A DNA stretch of 64,000 bases from Candidatus Bathyarchaeota archaeon (GTDB taxonomy: Archaea; Thermoproteota; Bathyarchaeia; Bathyarchaeales; SOJC01). Positions 48,187 through 56,957 of the stretch are shown piece by piece (position 1 is the first letter of the stretch; the number at the start of each line of letters is the position of its first letter). The notes beneath the pieces are model-generated. The model did not search any database. It was given only the letters and a program-made list of their open reading frames with translations, and was not told where the DNA came from. The DNA lies in NCBI GenBank assembly GCA_020351305.1, contig CP070730.1, forward strand, positions 1,178,133 through 1,242,132, written 5' to 3'. Position numbers and translations under genes: made by a program.

Positions 48187-51093
48187 ATGCCTCATAGTTC
48201 TGAAACTTTCATGGAACTTCTACACCGAATCGAAGCAAAATGGCAGAAAGCTTGGGAAAAGGCTAAGATTTTTGAAGCAGATCCAAATCCAAACCAAAAG
48301 AAATGTTTTGTCACTTTCCCTTACTCCTATGCTAATGGGCCTGTGCATGTTGGCCACGCCTTCACAGCAACAAGAGTAGACGCTTATGCACGGTTTAAGC
48401 GAATGCAAGGCCACAACGTTTTGTTTCCATGGGCTTGGCACTGGACAGGCCAAACAATCGTAGGGGCAAGTGAGCGCGTAAAACTTGGAGACAAACAATT
48501 TATTCGAGCATTACGAGAAATCGACGGAGTCTTAGAAGAAGAGCTGAAAAAATTCGTGGATCCCGTTTATATGGCTTCCTATTATACAAATGAAAACCGA
48601 AGGACTATTCACCAAGCTGGATTTTCTGTCGATTGGCGAAGAGAATTTTACACCACCATGCCTGCTTTCAACAAATTCATTGAGTGGCAATATAAGAGAT
48701 TACGCGAAAAAGGCTATGTGATCAAAGGAACCCATCCAGTAGTATGGTGTCCTCGTTGTGAGAGCCCCACAGGGGACCACGATCGCCAAGAAGGGGAAGG
48801 CGTTACACCAGAAGAATATACACTGATAAAATTCAGATATGAAGACACTTATCTGCCAGCTGCAACTTTCAGACCAGAGACAATCTATGGCGTGACAAAC
48901 ATTTGGGTGAACCCAGATGCAAATTATGTAGAAGCGGAAGTGGATAGCGAAAAATGGATAATCAGCGAAACATCCTCAAACAAATTAAAAGAACAAAAGC
49001 GAAAAATAGTTATAATCCGTTGCTTCAAAGGAAAGAAACTCATCGGAAAAAGTGTTGCAAGTCCCATTGATGGAGAACCATTGCCCATCTTACCAGCGAT
49101 TTTTGTCAATGTGGGAAATGCAACAGGCGTTGTCTACAGTGTTCCAGCTCATGCTCCGGTTGACTGGTTGGCATTAAGAGATTTACAGCGATATCCTGCA
49201 ATTCTAGAAAAATATAGCATCGATCCAACCTTGGTAAAGAATATAAGGCCAATCCCTATGATTCACATCGAAGGATTTGGTCAATTCCCAGCTATAGAAG
49301 TAGTTGAGCAACTAGATGTGAAAGACCAATGCGATCCTAAGGTGGAAAAAGCTACAAAGCGTTTGTATAAGAAAGAATTCCACAGCGGAATATTAAAGGA
49401 AAATTGTGGTAATTATACCGGAAGATTGGTTCATGATGTCAAAACAGATATTGTCAATGATTTCAAGGAGAGAAACATTGCAGACATCATGTTTGACTTG
49501 CCTCAACCCGTAATTGACAAATCCCTGCACCAATGCATCGTCAAGGTGCTAGAAGGTCAATGGTTCATCAAGTACAGTGATTCAAAGTGGAAGCGTAAGA
49601 CCAAAGATGCTCTTAACCAATCTACCATTTATCCTGAAACAGCCGCGTCATGGTTCCTGAGCGTAATAGATTGGTTAAGAGATAAACCATGCACACGTAA
49701 GAGCGGTCTAGGCACACGCTTACCATGGAACAGAGAGTGGATAATAGAAACTCTGAGCGACTCCACAATTTACATGGCTTTCTACACAATTAACAAATAC
49801 ATAGATCAGAGAGGCATAGAGCCTTCCCAACTGACGCCGGAGGTCTTTGATTACATCTTTTCTGGAAAAGGAAGTTTGAGGACGGTAGCTAACAAATCAA
49901 AAATAAGCAACCAACTCTTGAAGACTATGAGAGATGAATTCCTATACTGGTACCCAGTTGACATGCGAAACTCAGCGAAAGAACTGATACCTAACCATCT
50001 AACCTTCTTTCTGTTTCAACATGTCGCCTTGTTCGCTGCAGAACATTGGCCAAAGACAATAGGAGTCAATGGCATGTTAACGATTGAAGGAAAGAAAATG
50101 GGTAAGTCGAAGGGTAACTTCGTTACTTTGCGAAATGCTATTGAAGAATATGGGGCTGACTCCACACGCTGTGCATTATTGTTGGGTGCTGAAGGTATGA
50201 ACGATCCTGACTGGCGGAGCGAAAACGTTCAAGATGTCAAGAACAAGCTTGAATCTTTCTACAGGTTAGCTAAAATTATAATCAACAAAGCAAAGGATGA
50301 AAAAACTGGGCAGCTGGAGGATTGGTTATTCAGTGTCCTGCAAAACAGAGTAAAAGTAGTTACAGAAAATATGGAGATGCTTAAAACCCGCACTGCTCTA
50401 GAAAACGCCTTCTTTGAAACTTGGAATGATTTCCGCTGGTATACTAGAAGAAAAGCTAGCATGGAAACTAGTGCCTTGCTGAAAGCATTCAACATTTGGA
50501 TACGACTATTAGCGCCCTTCGCGCCTCATGTTTGCGAGGAAATCTGGAGTAAAATGAATACAAAAGGCTTTATCTCCTTAGCTAAATGGCCAAAATATGA
50601 CAGGAAAAAGGTTAATCCTATAGCAGAGGAAAATGAGATCCTAATCAAATCAGTATTAGACGATACTTCAAATATAATTCGTGCAACAAAAATAAAACCG
50701 AAGAAGGTATGCTACTTCACTGCAGCTCAATGGAAATGGGAAATATATCAAAAAGCTTTGAAAATCTCTATAGAAAAAGGAACCGTAGACAAGAGCTACC
50801 TGATGGCAGAGATTTTCAGGGATGAAAAACTGAAGAAGCAAGCTGAAAAGGCCGCAAAATTTGCCTCAAACATCATTGAGAAAATTAACCAAATGGGGCG
50901 CACTAGGAAAACAACTCTGATGATGGTGGGAAAACTAGATGAAGCCATGGTTTTGACAAACGCAAAAAAGTTCCTAGAACAAGAGTTGAATGCAGAAATC
51001 CAAATCTACATAGAAGATAATCCCCATCGATATGACCCTAAGAATCGGGGCAAACTGGCAAAACCCTTCAAGCCTGCAATATACATCGAATGA
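48187..51093 (+). CDS. leuS: leucyl-tRNA synthetase
   Basis: HVGH (GPVHVGHAF) and KMGKSKGN class I motifs. 968 aa. The alternative ATG at 48211 may be the true start. Confidence 0.97.
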   Translation: MPHSSETFMELLHRIEAKWQKAWEKAKIFEADPNPNQKKCFVTFPYSYANGPVHVGHAFTATRVDAYARFKRMQGHNVLFPWAWHWTGQTIVGASERVKLGDKQFIRALREIDGVLEEELKKFVDPVYMASYYTNENRRTIHQAGFSVDWRREFYTTMPAFNKFIEWQYKRLREKGYVIKGTHPVVWCPRCESPTGDHDRQEGEGVTPEEYTLIKFRYEDTYLPAATFRPETIYGVTNIWVNPDANYVEAEVDSEKWIISETSSNKLKEQKRKIVIIRCFKGKKLIGKSVASPIDGEPLPILPAIFVNVGNATGVVYSVPAHAPVDWLALRDLQRYPAILEKYSIDPTLVKNIRPIPMIHIEGFGQFPAIEVVEQLDVKDQCDPKVEKATKRLYKKEFHSGILKENCGNYTGRLVHDVKTDIVNDFKERNIADIMFDLPQPVIDKSLHQCIVKVLEGQWFIKYSDSKWKRKTKDALNQSTIYPETAASWFLSVIDWLRDKPCTRKSGLGTRLPWNREWIIETLSDSTIYMAFYTINKYIDQRGIEPSQLTPEVFDYIFSGKGSLRTVANKSKISNQLLKTMRDEFLYWYPVDMRNSAKELIPNHLTFFLFQHVALFAAEHWPKTIGVNGMLTIEGKKMGKSKGNFVTLRNAIEEYGADSTRCALLLGAEGMNDPDWRSENVQDVKNKLESFYRLAKIIINKAKDEKTGQLEDWLFSVLQNRVKVVTENMEMLKTRTALENAFFETWNDFRWYTRRKASMETSALLKAFNIWIRLLAPFAPHVCEEIWSKMNTKGFISLAKWPKYDRKKVNPIAEENEILIKSVLDDTSNIIRATKIKPKKVCYFTAAQWKWEIYQKALKISIEKGTVDKSYLMAEIFRDEKLKKQAEKAAKFASNIIEKINQMGRTRKTTLMMVGKLDEAMVLTNAKKFLEQELNAEIQIYIEDNPHRYDPKNRGKLAKPFKPAIYIE

Positions 51094-51097
51094 ACCG

Positions 51098-51466
51098 CTA
51101 GAGATGCATTCGAAGCGTGGATAAAATGTTGTGATCTACTTTAATATGGTAATTCTTCCGTCCACCTGAACTAGTAGTTACATAGTAATCTTCGTCCTTC
51201 TCGAGTTTGCTGCCATACAAAAGTGCTAATATCGTTCGACTAATGTTTATGGTGGTTAATTTTTTACTGGGAATTTTCTCTTCTATCTCTTGCTTCAACC
51301 GTCTTGGATTGATCGTGTAGATATCACTATCATGAGGAGTCCTAGCGTAACGATTTTCCATGTCTGAGATAATATAACATATCAAATCATAGTAAGGACT
51401 CTTCTTCCTCTCAATAAGTCTGAGGTAATTGATCAGGGGAATAGGGACTTGATGAAACTCGGACAT
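51098..51466 (-). CDS. hypothetical protein
   Basis: 122-aa ORF with no recognisable motif. Confidence 0.4.
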   Translation of the reverse strand: MSEFHQVPIPLINYLRLIERKKSPYYDLICYIISDMENRYARTPHDSDIYTINPRRLKQEIEEKIPSKKLTTINISRTILALLYGSKLEKDEDYYVTTSSGGRKNYHIKVDHNILSTLRMHL

Positions 51467-51574
51467 AACCTTCCCCTATATATAAGTTTTAAGGATGCAA
51501 GATTTAAGTCTTGACTTTCTTGCAAAAATTTACAGAACATTGCTCTAGCTCAGCTTGCACATATGGTGTGAAAG

Positions 51575-51585
51575 AATTATATTTT
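51575..51585 (+). promoter_or_regulatory. putative TATA box for the tRNA gene
   Basis: AATTATATTTT lies about 25-30 nt upstream of the tRNA 5' end. Confidence 0.35.
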
Positions 51586-51609
51586 CGTATGATCCTTCTA
51601 GAATGCCGT

Positions 51610-51702
51610 GGGCCCGTAGCATAGCTTGGATGCAACAAGGCCAAAAAGCGCGTCGGCCCTCTAAGCCGAAGACCCTGGGTTCAAATCCCAGCGGGCCCGC
51701 CA
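51610..51702 (+). tRNA. tRNA gene with encoded CCA and an 18-nt insertion 5' of the anticodon stem; anticodon probably UCU (Arg)
   Basis: Acceptor GGGCCCG/CGGGCCC. D arm GCAT-AGCTTGG-ATGC. Anticodon arm TCGGC-CCTCTAA-GCCGA. T arm CTGGG-TTCAAAT-CCCAG. Discriminator G plus CCA. Total 93 nt. Confidence 0.85.
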
Positions 51703-51825
51703 TACATGCGCGCGCATCGGCTTACGATGGTTCTAACACAACGGAAATTTTAAATTATATTGACTCAAAATTATGTCACTGCAACTTTAATATTTAACTT
51801 GTATATGTTTATGGATGGATGAAAG

Positions 51826-52566
51826 ATGAGCACGCATGCAGAGGATTTGAAACTTCGCTTGATGACGATCGAGTTACTTCGAACCGCTAAACGTCAACAC
51901 ACCTACCGCGAACTGTCCGCAAAAACTGGCTTACCTGTGACTGTTTTGAGCAGATATGCAAAAGGTCATGTCTTGCCGAATGTCGCAAGAGCCCGACAGC
52001 TCTGGAAAACTTTAAAGAAAATGGTAGGGTTGGAGATTGAACTTCACAGGAAAATAAGTTTCAACAATGATGGATACTTTGATAACACAGAGATCATAAG
52101 CGATTATAACATTCTAAGGCAGGCAGCCAATCACGCCCTCGCTACTTTCGCAGGAAAGCGTGTAACCAAAGTCTTAACAGCAGCAGTAGACGGCATCCCT
52201 CTCGCAACTATGGTGTCCAACCAATTGGGCATTAACCTAGTAATCGCCAAATGGAACAAAGAAGTCGGGGTAACATCATTTCTTGAAGAAACATACGTGT
52301 TAAGAGATTCGGGGGTAACTAGGACATTGTATATTCCAAAAAACGCAGTTAAACGAAGAGATAGTGTGCTTATCGTGGATGACATGATAAAAACTGGCGA
52401 GACCCAAAATGCACTTATCAATCTTGTCCGCAAAGCTAAAGCAGAGATCTCCGGAGTTTTCTCTCTGATAGCCATTGGAGAGGATTGGAGAAAGGGACTA
52501 AATCTTACTAAAGATTGCCCAGTTGAAGTCGTCACCAAAGCTACCCCTCCTAGCAAACGCAACTGA
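51826..52566 (+). CDS. HTH-phosphoribosyltransferase fusion (PyrE-like regulator, GfcR/COG0856 type)
   Basis: N-terminal HTH (YRELSAKTGLPVTVLSRYAKG) and the PRPP-binding motif VLIVDDMIKTGET. Confidence 0.75.
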   Translation: MSTHAEDLKLRLMTIELLRTAKRQHTYRELSAKTGLPVTVLSRYAKGHVLPNVARARQLWKTLKKMVGLEIELHRKISFNNDGYFDNTEIISDYNILRQAANHALATFAGKRVTKVLTAAVDGIPLATMVSNQLGINLVIAKWNKEVGVTSFLEETYVLRDSGVTRTLYIPKNAVKRRDSVLIVDDMIKTGETQNALINLVRKAKAEISGVFSLIAIGEDWRKGLNLTKDCPVEVVTKATPPSKRN

Positions 52567-52639
52567 TAAGATTATCAATGGCTGTTTAGAAACTTTTTAT
52601 CCTTTAGTCTAGACCATATATACGAATCAGGGGACTTCT

Positions 52640-53677
52640 ATGGGAATAAATCTTACACGAACAATTGAATGGAAGGCCGGTTCAGTAACAACTATTGATC
52701 AAACCAAGCTCCCTAATAGAACATCGCTCCTGAAAATCGAAAGCTGCGATGGAATTGCGAAAGCAATTAGAACAATGCAAGTTCGGGGTGCACCACTTCT
52801 CGGAGCCGTAGCTGCCTATGGTCTCGCGTTAACAGCATTTCATTCAAAAGCAAAAGACAAAGATCAAATTATGCGGGAGCTTGCTGCTTCCGCAGAGATT
52901 TTAAAAAGAACTCGACCAACGGCTGTTAATCTATTCTGGGCATTAAAAAGAGTGATGAAGAAAGCAGAAGAAACACGAGGAGACGCTGTTGATGTTGTGA
53001 AAGCTGTAGTCGACGAATCACAAATGATAGCAACAGAAGATGTCGAAGCGAATCAGAAGATCGGAAAACATGGCACTAACATCGTAGATGATGGAGATAA
53101 TCTACTCACGCATTGCAATGCTGGTAGCCTGGCAACCGTAGGCTATGGCACAGCATTAGGAGTAATAAGAGCTGCTTGGAGCGATGGCAAAAGCATCAAA
53201 GTCATCGCGACTGAGACACGCCCCTTGCTTCAAGGTGCAAGATTAACCACCTATGAGCTGCTTCGAGAGAGAATTCCTGTAACCTTGATTACTGATAATA
53301 TGGTGGGCTACATCATGTCTAAAGGATTAGTAGATAAGGTGATAGTGGGGGCTGACAGAATAGTAAAAGATGCAGTAGTTAATAAAATTGGCACTTATAC
53401 AATAGCTGTATTGGCTAAAGAGCACAAAGTTCCCTTTTACGTTGCGGCACCAAAGTCAACATTTGACATGAATCGACTTGCAGAAGATGTCATTGTAGAA
53501 GAAAGAAACATAGAAGAAGTAGTTAAGTTTGGTGACATGCGGATTGCCCCGAAAAAAATATCTGCCCTTAATCCAGCTTTTGATATTACACCAATGAAAT
53601 ACATAACGGCAATAATCTACGAGGAAGATGTAATTTCTCCTGAAGAATTCCAAAAGCTTTCAGCTATTAATGGCTAG
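52640..53677 (+). CDS. mtnA: aIF-2B alpha/beta/delta-family isomerase, MtnA-type (S-methyl-5-thioribose-1-phosphate isomerase)
   Basis: VRGAPLLGAVAAYGLAL, TRPTAVNLFWAL, THCNAGSLAT, and VGADRI motifs. Confidence 0.85.
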   Translation: MGINLTRTIEWKAGSVTTIDQTKLPNRTSLLKIESCDGIAKAIRTMQVRGAPLLGAVAAYGLALTAFHSKAKDKDQIMRELAASAEILKRTRPTAVNLFWALKRVMKKAEETRGDAVDVVKAVVDESQMIATEDVEANQKIGKHGTNIVDDGDNLLTHCNAGSLATVGYGTALGVIRAAWSDGKSIKVIATETRPLLQGARLTTYELLRERIPVTLITDNMVGYIMSKGLVDKVIVGADRIVKDAVVNKIGTYTIAVLAKEHKVPFYVAAPKSTFDMNRLAEDVIVEERNIEEVVKFGDMRIAPKKISALNPAFDITPMKYITAIIYEEDVISPEEFQKLSAING

Positions 53678-53727
53678 CTATATATTCTTTGAATAGTATG
53701 CTGATAGGTTGTGTTGGAAGGAGAGAG

Positions 53728-54297
53728 TTGAAGAAGAAACAGCATATGGAGCCTCGAAATCCAGAGATAAAGAAGATTAATGGCTTGTTTTCAGAAAAAG
53801 GCGCCACAATACTAGCGCCCAGCGATTTTGAATCTCTCACCTCTCGTGGTTATGGAGTATTAGAGAATGAAAAGCTACTCTTGAATATCTACGAGACCTT
53901 GTTTCTTCATAGTAAAGGAATGCTTGAAGTTTCTAAAGGTGAATCACGTGGGGCTTTAACTTTTCAGGAGCTTCTGCATCAGTTCAAGTTTGAGGATAAG
54001 AGTGTTTGGGCGAAATATTTGATTTATCGGGATTTGAGAAGTCGCGGTTATGTGGTAAGAGAAGGGTTTGGCTTAGGGATAAATTTCAGGGCTTATGAAA
54101 GGGGAGATTACGGAACGACAACAGCTGCTTTTCTTATCCGAGGGATTCAAGAAGGTAAACCTATTTCTGTGAGAGAGTTGGCTCGTGTTTTGAGGCATGT
54201 TCAAAGTTTGAAAAAAAAATTAGTGCTAGCGGTTGTGAACCGCCGCGGAGAAATCGTTTATTATACTCTTTCAAAGCTAACCATGAAAGACCAGTAG
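53728..54297 (+). CDS. endA: tRNA-splicing endonuclease homolog (EndA family)
   Basis: KYLIYRDLRSRGYVVREGFGLGINFRAYERG and SLKKKLVLAVV motifs. The start is uncertain: TTG 53728 (preceded by AAGGAG), ATG 53746, or the track TTG at 53689. Confidence 0.85.
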   Translation: MKKKQHMEPRNPEIKKINGLFSEKGATILAPSDFESLTSRGYGVLENEKLLLNIYETLFLHSKGMLEVSKGESRGALTFQELLHQFKFEDKSVWAKYLIYRDLRSRGYVVREGFGLGINFRAYERGDYGTTTAAFLIRGIQEGKPISVRELARVLRHVQSLKKKLVLAVVNRRGEIVYYTLSKLTMKDQ

Positions 54298-54306
54298 AGG
54301 ATTCAT

Positions 54307-55590
54307 ATGGCGAAGCTTCAACCAGTTCGAGGAATGCGTGACTTCCTGTCGACTGATGCAAAAAAATTGAGGTATGTGGAGCAAATAGCAAAGGATGTTG
54401 CAAGGCTGTACGGTTTTGAGGAAGTGATTACACCTCTTCTGGAACATTTTGATTTGCTTGCGGCGAAGTCTGGAGAAGAAATCAGAGCGCGTATGTATGC
54501 TTTCAGGGATTTGGGTGGTCGAAAAGTAGCTTTGAGACCAGAATTCACTGCTTCCATTGCTCGATTAATAGTAACAACTCTACGAAACAAGCCGAAACCA
54601 TTGAGGTTGTTTTCAACTGGCACCCTCTATCGTTATGACGAGCCGCAGTTTGGTCGATACCGAGAGTTTTGGCAATCAAATTTTGAAGTCGTTGGCAGCA
54701 GCAGACCTGAAGCCGATGCAGAAATTCTTTCCCTCACTCACCATTTTATGCAAAAGCTTGGACTCCGAAAATATTGGTTTAAAATTGGACATGTTGGCAT
54801 ACTTCGCGGAATACTCACAGATGAGAGGATAGAAGAGGAAAGACAAAACAGAGTGATGCAGCTGCTAGACGCTAAACGATGGGATGAAGCACTTAGCACC
54901 GTGGAACAATTCGGTGCCTCAAAAAAAAGTGCTATGGTTTTAAAAGCTGTATTTAAAGCTAAAGGAAAAGATTCTTCCAAAGTCTTAGCGCAGATTAAGA
55001 AAAAATTGAAGAATTACGACAGCTCAGTTGCAGCAGTAGAAAACCTACAACAAATCCTTGAGCTTTGTGAAGAAAGCAACCTTAAATTCAATACATTAAT
55101 TGAGCCAGGATTTGCACGTGGCTTAGAATACTATACTGGAATGATTTTCGAGCAAATTGCCCCTGAAATGGAGATTTCAATAGGCGGTGGTGGAAGATAT
55201 GACAAGCTTGCTGAACTTTTTGGAGGAAAATCGACCCCAGCTGTGGGAGTAGCTCATGGACTAGATCGCATAGTCTTAGCAATGGATAAACAAAGCACCA
55301 CTCCAGAATTCTCTAAGCAAGTTGTAGCAATAATCCCAATCAGTGATGATGTAATCCCAAGAGCCATGCAATTAGCGCTGCAATTGAGGAAAGAGGGGAT
55401 AGTCGTAGAGCTGGAAGTTATGGGACGCAAAGTTGCTCGAGCATTGCAAGACGCTAATAGAAGAAAGGTAACGCATGCAATCATCATAGGACCAAAGGAA
55501 ATAGAAAAAGGAAAAGTGACATTGCGGAACATGAGAAATCACCAACAACAATTACTCGACATTGAAAAATTATTCGAAGCTCTCTCATGA
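54307..55590 (+). CDS. hisS: histidyl-tRNA synthetase
   Basis: VRGMRDFL, LRPEFT, YRYDEPQ.GRYREF, and GGGGRYD class II HisRS motifs. Confidence 0.97.
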   Translation: MAKLQPVRGMRDFLSTDAKKLRYVEQIAKDVARLYGFEEVITPLLEHFDLLAAKSGEEIRARMYAFRDLGGRKVALRPEFTASIARLIVTTLRNKPKPLRLFSTGTLYRYDEPQFGRYREFWQSNFEVVGSSRPEADAEILSLTHHFMQKLGLRKYWFKIGHVGILRGILTDERIEEERQNRVMQLLDAKRWDEALSTVEQFGASKKSAMVLKAVFKAKGKDSSKVLAQIKKKLKNYDSSVAAVENLQQILELCEESNLKFNTLIEPGFARGLEYYTGMIFEQIAPEMEISIGGGGRYDKLAELFGGKSTPAVGVAHGLDRIVLAMDKQSTTPEFSKQVVAIIPISDDVIPRAMQLALQLRKEGIVVELEVMGRKVARALQDANRRKVTHAIIIGPKEIEKGKVTLRNMRNHQQQLLDIEKLFEALS

Positions 55591-55634
55591 GAATAATTTG
55601 ACTGCCTAATTGGAGTCAGCAAGTGAAGATTGAC

Positions 55635-55646
55635 TTTTTTCTTTCC
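55635..55646 (+). terminator. oligo-T tract after hisS, preceded by an imperfect hairpin
   Basis: An imperfect hairpin (TGACTGCC..GGAGTCA) is followed by TTTTTTCTTTCC, about 45 nt after the stop. Confidence 0.3.
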
Positions 55647-55946
55647 AAGCTTTGAACTGCACACATATATGATGACATCCTGCCAAAATTCCACTAATTT
55701 TCGGTTCTAAGGTTTATTTATTCGCTCTTCTATCAACCTTTTCCATGTTCTTGTTAGCTCTTGGAATATGAGTGAAAGATGTCTTCTGAAAATGGTGCTG
55801 AAGTTCACGAGTTTTGCCAGAGATCCACTAATCAAGTATTTCGAACTCGATATTATCCATTAAAATGTATGAGTTCTCAGAAAAATATGTACACGCCCGT
55901 TGTAAGGGCGCAAATCGCTTCAAAGGCTATTATTGGCGCATCATTG

Positions 55947-56819
55947 CTAAGGCAAACCTAGAAACTTCAGGATCATTCGCAGGCTAACAATTATCAAGAC
56001 AAGCCCGAAAACTCTTCGCAAATTCTCTTTTGAAACGCCTTTGGAAATGTGAGCTCCTATTTGTGCACCAAAGATTACTCCAACGCTTAGTAATAATGCA
56101 TAATCAAATCGAATGTGCTGAAAGTTGCCAATGCTTTCAAGATATAAATGAGTGGCAACACCAGAGATCGATGTGAAAACCATTATGAATACAGAAGTTG
56201 CAACGGCTAGATGTATAGGAAAAGAAAGAGCGAAATGGAGGATAGGTACCATAAGAGACCCCCCACCGATACCCAATAAACCTGATGAAACGCCTGCGAA
56301 GAAACCTAGGAATAAACCAAGCTTGATATCTGTGATAAATTCAAAAACTTCCCCATCAGAATCTGTAATTCGTCGAGTCCACCCAGAAGTGCGTGTTAAA
56401 TAGGATGTGCGTATGCGCTTCAATAGCTTGAAATTATCTAAGTTGTATGAAAAAATCATGCGAAAGGCAACATACATTAGGAATAAGGCGAAGATCAATA
56501 TCAAGAAATCGCTAGGAATTATGTCTGTCAGATATGCTCCCAAAAATGCACCAAGTATTGTGGTTGTAGCTAGAATTAGCCCCATCTTGTAATCAATTCT
56601 TTTTTGTCTCGCATAGCCACCCGTTGAAGACATAGCTTTGAAGATAATCATGGTAAGGCTTGTGCCCGCAGCTAGTGTTGGAGAAAATTCAGTGCTTAAG
56701 GGAAGTAGAAGCAGGGCTGGCACGATGAAGACCCCCCCACCGATACCCAACATAGCTGCAACAATGCCTACAAGAAGACCTAGAATAGGAAGAAAAAGCA
56801 TCTCAAGTATTGTGAGCAT
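55947..56819 (-). CDS. TauE/SafE-family anion exporter membrane protein
   Basis: Duplicated GIGGG(V/S)..VP motifs, 8 TM-like helices. Confidence 0.85.
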   Translation of the reverse strand: MLTILEMLFLPILGLLVGIVAAMLGIGGGVFIVPALLLLPLSTEFSPTLAAGTSLTMIIFKAMSSTGGYARQKRIDYKMGLILATTTILGAFLGAYLTDIIPSDFLILIFALFLMYVAFRMIFSYNLDNFKLLKRIRTSYLTRTSGWTRRITDSDGEVFEFITDIKLGLFLGFFAGVSSGLLGIGGGSLMVPILHFALSFPIHLAVATSVFIMVFTSISGVATHLYLESIGNFQHIRFDYALLLSVGVIFGAQIGAHISKGVSKENLRRVFGLVLIIVSLRMILKFLGLP

Positions 56820-56957
56820 GGTTGGAATTCGCTCGCTTTTTTCAGATTGTCAAACAATGTTGGCTGCTTACTAATAATAATAGCGCCAGAGAAATTAGAT
56901 GATAACTCTTATTTGCAAGATGTACAATGTAGCCTTGCTACATGTGGAACCCACGAA

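Noticed and set aside
51098-51800. tRNA-adjacent hypothetical gene as a remnant of an integrated element
   Set aside because: No integrase, no viral or plasmid genes, and I saw no duplicated copy of the tRNA 3' end that could serve as an att site.
55669-55675. AUGAUGA C-box-like heptamer downstream of hisS
   Set aside because: No CUGA D box within the next approximately 110 nt and no kink-turn partner.
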